NCBI GenBank assembly: GCA_965242725.1
Contig: CBDESZ010000003.1
Location: forward strand, 1 to 64,000
DNA from: Alkalispirochaeta sp.
GTDB lineage: Bacteria; Spirochaetota; Spirochaetia; DSM-27196; Alkalispirochaetaceae
Reading direction: 5' to 3'
Length of the DNA stretch: 64,000 nt
Positions within the stretch are counted from its first letter, which is position 1; each line of letters opens with the position of its first letter. Below the pieces are notes generated by a model. It made no database searches. It was not told where the DNA came from and saw only the letters and a list, made by a program, of their open reading frames with translations. The position numbers and the translations under genes are program-made. Shown here in pieces: positions 58,976 to 64,000 of the stretch.

Positions 58976-59275
58976 CGGCCGTCCAGCACGGCGAGAACAC
59001 TCCGCAGCTGATCCGGATCGACCTCACCGCAAACCGTTATGGTGTATCCTCCAATGTCAATATGAAGTTCCGATGACCGTTTGGATTCGATCCCTGCCGT
59101 CCGGTCAACCAGAAATCTCGACGAACGGATTATCCGTCTGTTCTTTTACGCGTCGTCGCCACCACTGGAACGTCCCGCGAGAGAGATCGTTCTCTTCACA
59201 ATACTGGCGTTGCGACAACTCGCTCCGTTTCCAATCGTCAATTCGGGCCACCCACAGCTTCTGTTTTTCTGTCAT
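58972..59275 (-). pseudogene. tnpA: IS66 TnpA, frameshifted
   Basis: W...IDDWKRSELSQRQYC..NDL...TFQWWRRR stops at 59105; the C-terminus (LHIDIGGYTITV...LRSVLAVLDGR*) continues in the +1 frame to 58972. Confidence 0.8.
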
Positions 59276-59381
59276 AGCCAGATTTTCCGCGAGCCGATTC
59301 ACTATCGGTAGGTTCACCGGACGCTTACACTCCCGCCACCGTCTCTACCCCACCTTCCCTCCGATCTGATACACTCCCTCC

Positions 59382-60839
59382 GTGTTCCTCGTCCTCATTC
59401 TGAAGAACATCTATCGCAGCCTTCCGCGTCTGTTGCCGATGATCGCCATTATCGTCGCCGTCTTTGCGGCGCTGGTGGTGGGCAACGCCGTCCTCGCCGC
59501 CTCCACGGACGCCCTCTACCGCACCTACGGCCGCCTCGTCGCCGGCGACCTCGGCATACAGGCGGCCTCGGAGGGCAACTTCACCGTCTTTGGTTCCGAC
59601 CAGCTCCTGGTCGGCGACTTTCTCATCCCTCCCACCATTTCTGAATATTCTGAACTTCGTTCCGCGGTGCAGGATATCCCTGCTGTGCATGCCCAGGCCG
59701 GCCTCGTGACGGCGGTCGCCCGGGTCCAGATCGATAACCGTACCCTCAACCGCACCCTCTTCGGCGTCAATTTTGACGAGTACCGTCGCCTCTTCCCCGA
59801 CCTGGAACTGATAGCCGGGGACTTTCCCGCGCCCGGTGAGCCGGGGATGGTCGTTCAGGACGGCTGGGGCGCCGGAACAGGAAGCAGCGACGGCATGCTG
59901 GGGGAGCCCGCGCTCCTCGCATCTGCCCGGGACAACTCCTTTAGTCTCCGGGAGGTACCCGTCACCGGCGTCTTCCGCTATCCCGTGGAGGATGAACTCC
60001 TGGACACGGTGGTTCTTGTGGACGCCGACACCGCCCGGGCGATGAACGGCTATCTCTACGGAGCCGTGGAGTCGGTGGAGCTTTCCGACGATGAGCGGAA
60101 CGCCCTGGAGGACGACGTGGACGCGCTCTTTGGTTCTCCCCCGGCGGGGAGCGGAGGGGCGGAGGAAGCCGGGACCGTGGACATCGGTGCACTGTTCGGC
60201 GGCGGGGAGCCGGACAGCGACGCCGGCGCGGCGAACAGTGCGGGTACCGTCGACACCGGTGCGTGGAACTTTCTCCTGCTGTCCCTCCGCGATTCCGAGC
60301 GGCGCGGGGAGGTGGAGGATCGCCTCGAAGAGGCGGGCTTCACCGTGGACGGCGGCTACCGTATCCGGGAGTGGTGGCATACCGTCGGTGGGAACGCCCT
60401 CATTCTGCGCTACCTGCAGCTCATCTTTAACGCCGGGGTCGTCTTTGTAGCCGTCGGCGCCGGTGCCATCGCCGCCAACGCCCTGGTCCTCTCCGTCCTG
60501 GAACGGACGAGCGAGATCGGCACCTTCCGTGCCCTGGGAGCCACGCGGCTGCGTATCGCTGCAATGATCACCACCGAGACCTTTATCATCGTCACCGGCG
60601 CCGCCGCAATCGGCCTTTTCCTCGGGGTGAGCGGTGTCAATTTCCTCAACGACGCCGGCTTCACCGTCTCAAATCAGTACATCCGGATTCTCTTCGGTGG
60701 CGGCGCGGTCCGTGGCCTGGTGGACGGCGAGCTCATCAGAAATCACGTAATCGCAGCCATGGTCCTTACCGCATTTGCCCTCTTTTATCCACTCAAGCGC
60801 GCCCTCTGGATCAATCCCCGGGAGGCGATCGAGTCATGA
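59382..60839 (+). CDS. ABC transporter permease, FtsX/MacB/LolE family
   Basis: KNIYR N-terminus plus TM, large periplasmic domain, SVLERTSEIGTFRALGA, INPREAI. Confidence 0.9.
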   Translation: MFLVLILKNIYRSLPRLLPMIAIIVAVFAALVVGNAVLAASTDALYRTYGRLVAGDLGIQAASEGNFTVFGSDQLLVGDFLIPPTISEYSELRSAVQDIPAVHAQAGLVTAVARVQIDNRTLNRTLFGVNFDEYRRLFPDLELIAGDFPAPGEPGMVVQDGWGAGTGSSDGMLGEPALLASARDNSFSLREVPVTGVFRYPVEDELLDTVVLVDADTARAMNGYLYGAVESVELSDDERNALEDDVDALFGSPPAGSGGAEEAGTVDIGALFGGGEPDSDAGAANSAGTVDTGAWNFLLLSLRDSERRGEVEDRLEEAGFTVDGGYRIREWWHTVGGNALILRYLQLIFNAGVVFVAVGAGAIAANALVLSVLERTSEIGTFRALGATRLRIAAMITTETFIIVTGAAAIGLFLGVSGVNFLNDAGFTVSNQYIRILFGGGAVRGLVDGELIRNHVIAAMVLTAFALFYPLKRALWINPREAIES

Positions 60840-62146
60840 TCGCCCTCGTTCTTCCCGCCTGGCGCAACTTCAGCCGGAACCTCCGCCGCTACCGCGTCCT
60901 CCTTGCCACGATGATCCTCGTCTCCACAGTCTTTACCGTTCTGATCGGCGCGATGCTGGGGCTTCAGGAGGCGGTGCGCGACAAGGCGACCCGCTACTTT
61001 GCCGGGGATGTGGTGGTCCTCGGATACGACGGCAGCGGCGACTCGTTGATTGAAGAGGTGGATGCGGTGACCGGCGCGGTGGAGCGTCTCCGGGAAGCGG
61101 GTATCGGCATACAAGCGGTTTCTCGGCGGAGTACCCTTTACCGGCAGGAATCGATCGAGCTCTTTTTTGCTGGCTATTCCGTCCGGCAGCGTCGCCTTGT
61201 GGGCGTGGAGTGGGAGCGGGAAGGGGATATCCTCGCAGGCTTTCCCTTTACCGCGGGGAAGGTCCCTGCACCCGGGGACCGCGACGCAATCCTCATCTCC
61301 TCCGTCACCGCCTCGGATCTCCAGGTGAGTGTTGGGGATGAGCTTCTTGTTTCCATCCCCAGCGCCCGGGGGCGCACCAACACCGCCGAACTCATCGTCC
61401 GGGGAATTTACACTGAGTCCAGCTTTTTCGGCTTTACCGCCTATCTCCATAGAGAGAAGTTGAATGCGCTCAGGGAGGTGCCGGCGGCGCGGGTGAATGA
61501 GATCGGCGTCTATCTGGAAACCCCCGCCGCCGATGAGAAACGGGCGGCCGCCCTCCTCACGGAGGAGCTCCGCGCCGCCGGCCTCCCCACTTTTCCGGTT
61601 CTCGCTGACCGTAACGAGTACGAGACCGCCTCCCGTGCCCCGCGGGAACAGCGAGAGTACGGTGTCGTCACCCTTCAGGCCCAGCTCGCCCAGATCACCG
61701 ACCTCATCACCGCCCTGACCATTGTCTCCGGTGCGGTGGTCGCCCTCTTTCTCGGCATCGTCATTATCGGGGTGAGCAACACCTGGACGATGGTCGTCTG
61801 GGAGCGCACCCGCGAGGTGGGCACTCTCCGCGCCCTGGGCCTCCAGCGCGCAGGCACCGTCGCCGTCTTTCTCATGGAGGCGGCTTTTCTGGGCCTCACC
61901 ACCGTCTTCTTTGGCGTGTTCCTGGGCGTTCTCACCCTTCAGGGTGTGCACAACTGGGTCCCCTTTGCCCCCAACGCGGCTACCACCCTCTTCTTCACCG
62001 AAGGCCACCTCCCCTTTGACCTCCCGCCCTGGACATTCCTTCTCGTCGCTGCCATCGCCGTCGGGGCAAGCGTCTTCGGCGCCCTCCGCGCCGCTGTCCG
62101 GGCGGGCATGATCCACCCCGTAGACGCCCTGCGCCACCGGCTGTAG
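60836..62146 (+). CDS. ABC transporter permease, FtsX/MacB/LolE family
   Basis: AWRNFSRN.RR, ERTREVGTLRALG, PVDALR; ATGA overlap with the previous gene. Confidence 0.9.
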   Translation: MIALVLPAWRNFSRNLRRYRVLLATMILVSTVFTVLIGAMLGLQEAVRDKATRYFAGDVVVLGYDGSGDSLIEEVDAVTGAVERLREAGIGIQAVSRRSTLYRQESIELFFAGYSVRQRRLVGVEWEREGDILAGFPFTAGKVPAPGDRDAILISSVTASDLQVSVGDELLVSIPSARGRTNTAELIVRGIYTESSFFGFTAYLHREKLNALREVPAARVNEIGVYLETPAADEKRAAALLTEELRAAGLPTFPVLADRNEYETASRAPREQREYGVVTLQAQLAQITDLITALTIVSGAVVALFLGIVIIGVSNTWTMVVWERTREVGTLRALGLQRAGTVAVFLMEAAFLGLTTVFFGVFLGVLTLQGVHNWVPFAPNAATTLFFTEGHLPFDLPPWTFLLVAAIAVGASVFGALRAAVRAGMIHPVDALRHRL

Positions 62147-62157
62147 CGGGACGGCCC

Positions 62158-62209
62158 TTGTTGCCGCACCTCCCGCGGCGTATGATGAAAACGTACGATG
62201 AAAGCGTAC
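62158..62209 (+). promoter_or_regulatory. Putative promoter and 13-bp direct repeats upstream of the MNT-HEPN fusion
   Basis: TTGTTG-N17-TATGAT (62181); GATGAAAACGTAC / GATGAAAGCGTAC (62184-62209). Confidence 0.5.
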
Positions 62210-62221
62210 GACGGAAAGGAA

Positions 62222-63076
62222 ATGAACCGACTGGAAGATCTTCAGCACGAAATACGAGCAGCCCTCGAGCCGTTTGAGAGTATCGCCTTCGCGGTGCTTT
62301 TCGGTTCCGCCGTTTCCGGCCGCCTGCGGCAGGATTCGGACCTCGATGTAGCGGTCTATGGAATTTCCGGTCGGCATCTGGAGATCGAAACCGACCGCGA
62401 GTTTTCCGACGAAGGAACGATACAGCTTGCGGTGGAACGGGCAACCGGGAGAAATGTCGACCTCCTCGTGCTGAACCGCGCTCCCGCCGTGGTATGCGCA
62501 TCCGCCGTCACGACCGGGGTCCCTATACTCATCCGGGGCGAGTCTATATATTCCCGTTACATCCTGGCGGTAACCAATGTTGCAATCGATTTTCTTGCAA
62601 CCGAGCGGGAGTGGCAGGCGATTCGTACCCGGAGTGCTTCGTTGTCTCCACAGGACCGGAACAGACTCGAGCGGATTCTCGCCTTTCTTGACGACGAACT
62701 GAAAGACGCGCAGGAGTTTACCGATATTACCCTTTCCCGGTATCAGCGCGACCGATCGTTGCGTCGAAATCTCGATCGCTGGGTCGAGGTTCTCATTAAT
62801 GGGACGATCGATATCGCAAAGATTGTCCAGGCTTCAGAGGATATCCCGATCCCCCAAACCTACGCCCAGATTCTGGATCTCCTCCCTTCAATTTCCGGCT
62901 TCGAAGCCGTACCAAAAGAGATTCGTAATCTCGCGCCGCTGCGAAACGTGTTGGCTCACGAGTATCTGGACCTCCGGTTTACCCGGGTACGTCGATTTAT
63001 CGATAACGACGTCAACATCGTCCGCGCGGTTATCACCGCTACCCAGGCGTGGATCGAGTCCCCCGCAACATCTTGA
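62222..63076 (+). CDS. Fused MntA-type nucleotidyltransferase / HepT (DUF86 HEPN) RNase
   Basis: LFGSAVSGRLRQDSDLDVAV (GSX10DXD), VDL..LN.AP; C-half ....IDIA.....P.TY and RNVLAHEY (RX4HXY); one continuous frame. ATG 62222 follows AAGGA (ORF open from 62198). Confidence 0.88.
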   Translation: MNRLEDLQHEIRAALEPFESIAFAVLFGSAVSGRLRQDSDLDVAVYGISGRHLEIETDREFSDEGTIQLAVERATGRNVDLLVLNRAPAVVCASAVTTGVPILIRGESIYSRYILAVTNVAIDFLATEREWQAIRTRSASLSPQDRNRLERILAFLDDELKDAQEFTDITLSRYQRDRSLRRNLDRWVEVLINGTIDIAKIVQASEDIPIPQTYAQILDLLPSISGFEAVPKEIRNLAPLRNVLAHEYLDLRFTRVRRFIDNDVNIVRAVITATQAWIESPATS

Positions 63077-63172
63077 GTGGTAGATCGGGAGAAGCAAGAG
63101 GGCAAGATCATACTTGTCCTTCCCGGCTCCAGTCAGCGGATGATAGATAGCGTCCACTGTGTTTGCCATATG

Positions 63173-63207
63173 CGTGTAAAACGTGTATTAGTATATTACG
63201 TGTAATA
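63173..63207 (+). promoter_or_regulatory. Probable VapBC operator
   Basis: CGTGTA three times (63173, 63182, 63199) and palindrome TATTAC-gt-GTAATA (63194-63207) just before the antitoxin SD. Confidence 0.55.
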
Positions 63208-63223
63208 CATAGAGAGGTGTATT

Positions 63224-63457
63224 ATGGCCAACGTTACCATTTCCATTGACGATGATATCCTGAAGCAGGCAAAGAAGATTGCCATCGATCACGATATGAG
63301 TTTTAACGGTCTTGTCAGATCATATGTTACGGATCTTGTCCGGCGGGAAGAGAAGAGGCGTGCCCTGCGTATAGATACACTGGACCGGCTCTTCGCCGAG
63401 AGCGCTGCGGAGGTTGGGCTCGTCACCTGGACTCGGGACGAGCTGCATGAGCGATAA
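63224..63457 (+). CDS. Ribbon-helix-helix antitoxin (VapB-like)
   Basis: NVTISIDDDIL..AK..A.....S...LVR.Y; C-terminus WTRDELHER; overlaps the PIN gene. Confidence 0.85.
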   Translation: MANVTISIDDDILKQAKKIAIDHDMSFNGLVRSYVTDLVRREEKRRALRIDTLDRLFAESAAEVGLVTWTRDELHER

Positions 63458-63878
63458 GGTCTTCTTTGATACCAATATTCTGGTCTACGCCAACGACGCG
63501 TCGGAACCGGAGAAACAAGAGATTGCCCGCCGACTCATTAAGGAAGCCCTGCTGAGTGAATCCGCCGTAATCTCAGTACAGGTTCTGAGCGAATTCTGGG
63601 TAACCGTCACCCGTAAAATCAGAAAACCGCTGTCGTCTGTGCGTGCGACCCGGCAAATCGAACTTCTTGAACTCATGACTATCGTCAGTCTAGATCTGCC
63701 CCTTTTTCGCGATGGTTTGTATCTCCAGGAACGGCAGCAGCTTTCTCATTGGGACTCCCTCATCATTGCCGCTGCAAGGTATGCGGATTGCAGCGTGCTG
63801 TATTCTGAGGATTTTAACGACGGGCAGAAATACGGAGACGTTACCGTCGTGAACCCCTTTAAAAAAATCCCGGAATAG
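63447..63878 (+). CDS. vapC: PIN-domain toxin (VapC)
   Basis: FFDTNILVYA, S.QVL.EF, S.WDSLI.AAA...C..LYSED. Confidence 0.92.
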   Translation: MSDKVFFDTNILVYANDASEPEKQEIARRLIKEALLSESAVISVQVLSEFWVTVTRKIRKPLSSVRATRQIELLELMTIVSLDLPLFRDGLYLQERQQLSHWDSLIIAAARYADCSVLYSEDFNDGQKYGDVTVVNPFKKIPE

Positions 63879-63895
63879 TGATGATATATCATGGA

Positions 63896-64000
63896 ATGAT
63901 ACAGACTTTTTGTTACGAACCAGACCGCCCCAGTCGGCCTCACGCCTATTTGATATTTCCGATTGTTCTGGCCGCCGTTGCGGTTTTTTTTGCGCTGCCC
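63896..64000 (+). CDS. Partial CDS (signal-peptide-like N-terminus), runs off the window
   Basis: MIQTFCYEPDRPSRPHAYLIFPIVLAAVAVFFALP is open to the window end. Confidence 0.35.
   Translation, partial: MIQTFCYEPDRPSRPHAYLIFPIVLAAVAVFFALP

Larger units (their letters stand above)
56982..59328 (-). mobile_element. Full-length IS66-family element with TIRs and 8-bp target-site duplication
   Basis: TIR GTAAGCGTCCG at 56982 and its complement CGGACGCTTAC ending 59328; ACTCCCGC at 56974-56981 and 59329-59336; tnpA-tnpB-tnpC order. Confidence 0.96.

Noticed and set aside
47388..59328. Composite transposon formed by the two IS66 sequences
   Set aside because: The two elements are divergent and the right one has its own TSD, indicating an independent insertion.
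63971..63991. Terminator GCCGC-cgtt-GCGGT followed by a T-run
   Set aside because: The stem is short and reads equally well as a hydrophobic coding stretch (AAVAVFF) of a gene running off the window.

Overview
A 64-kb bacterial chromosomal window, probably from a free-living spirochaete (inference from the 'AAASGQQE'-type solute-binding protein N-terminus, the chemoreceptors and a GC-rich backbone). (1) 1-13.6 kb: signalling and housekeeping genes, namely two MCPs (one fused to hemerythrin), a Cache-GGDEF cyclase, a stand-alone E2-like acyltransferase plus GT4, a TetR/flavodoxin pair and a 7TM-DISM hybrid kinase with its regulator. (2) 13.8-26.2 kb: an acid-sugar catabolic locus with a sigma54-driven TctCBA transporter and SAF-domain oxidoreductase, a FadR regulator, a divergent transaldolase, an isomerase, a Zn-dehydrogenase, a PrpR-like activator and otnKC. 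(3) 26.6-56.7 kb: a surface-glycan locus with three separate nonulosonic-acid modules: a Kdn/Neu-9-P type, a legionaminic-acid type carrying an ACP/ligase/reductase/GNAT cassette and a PIG-L deacetylase, and a pseudaminic-acid type in which a formyltransferase replaces PseH. The Leg and Pse modules are each headed by a duplicated promoter-operator-leader-MarR unit, and they are followed by IS remnants and an AT-rich Wzx/Wzy block. (4) 57-64 kb: a full-length but decayed IS66 with an 8-bp TSD, two FtsX-type permeases, a single-chain MNT-HEPN fusion and a VapBC pair. No rRNA, tRNA or CRISPR array was seen. All product calls rest on motif recognition by eye; no searches were run.
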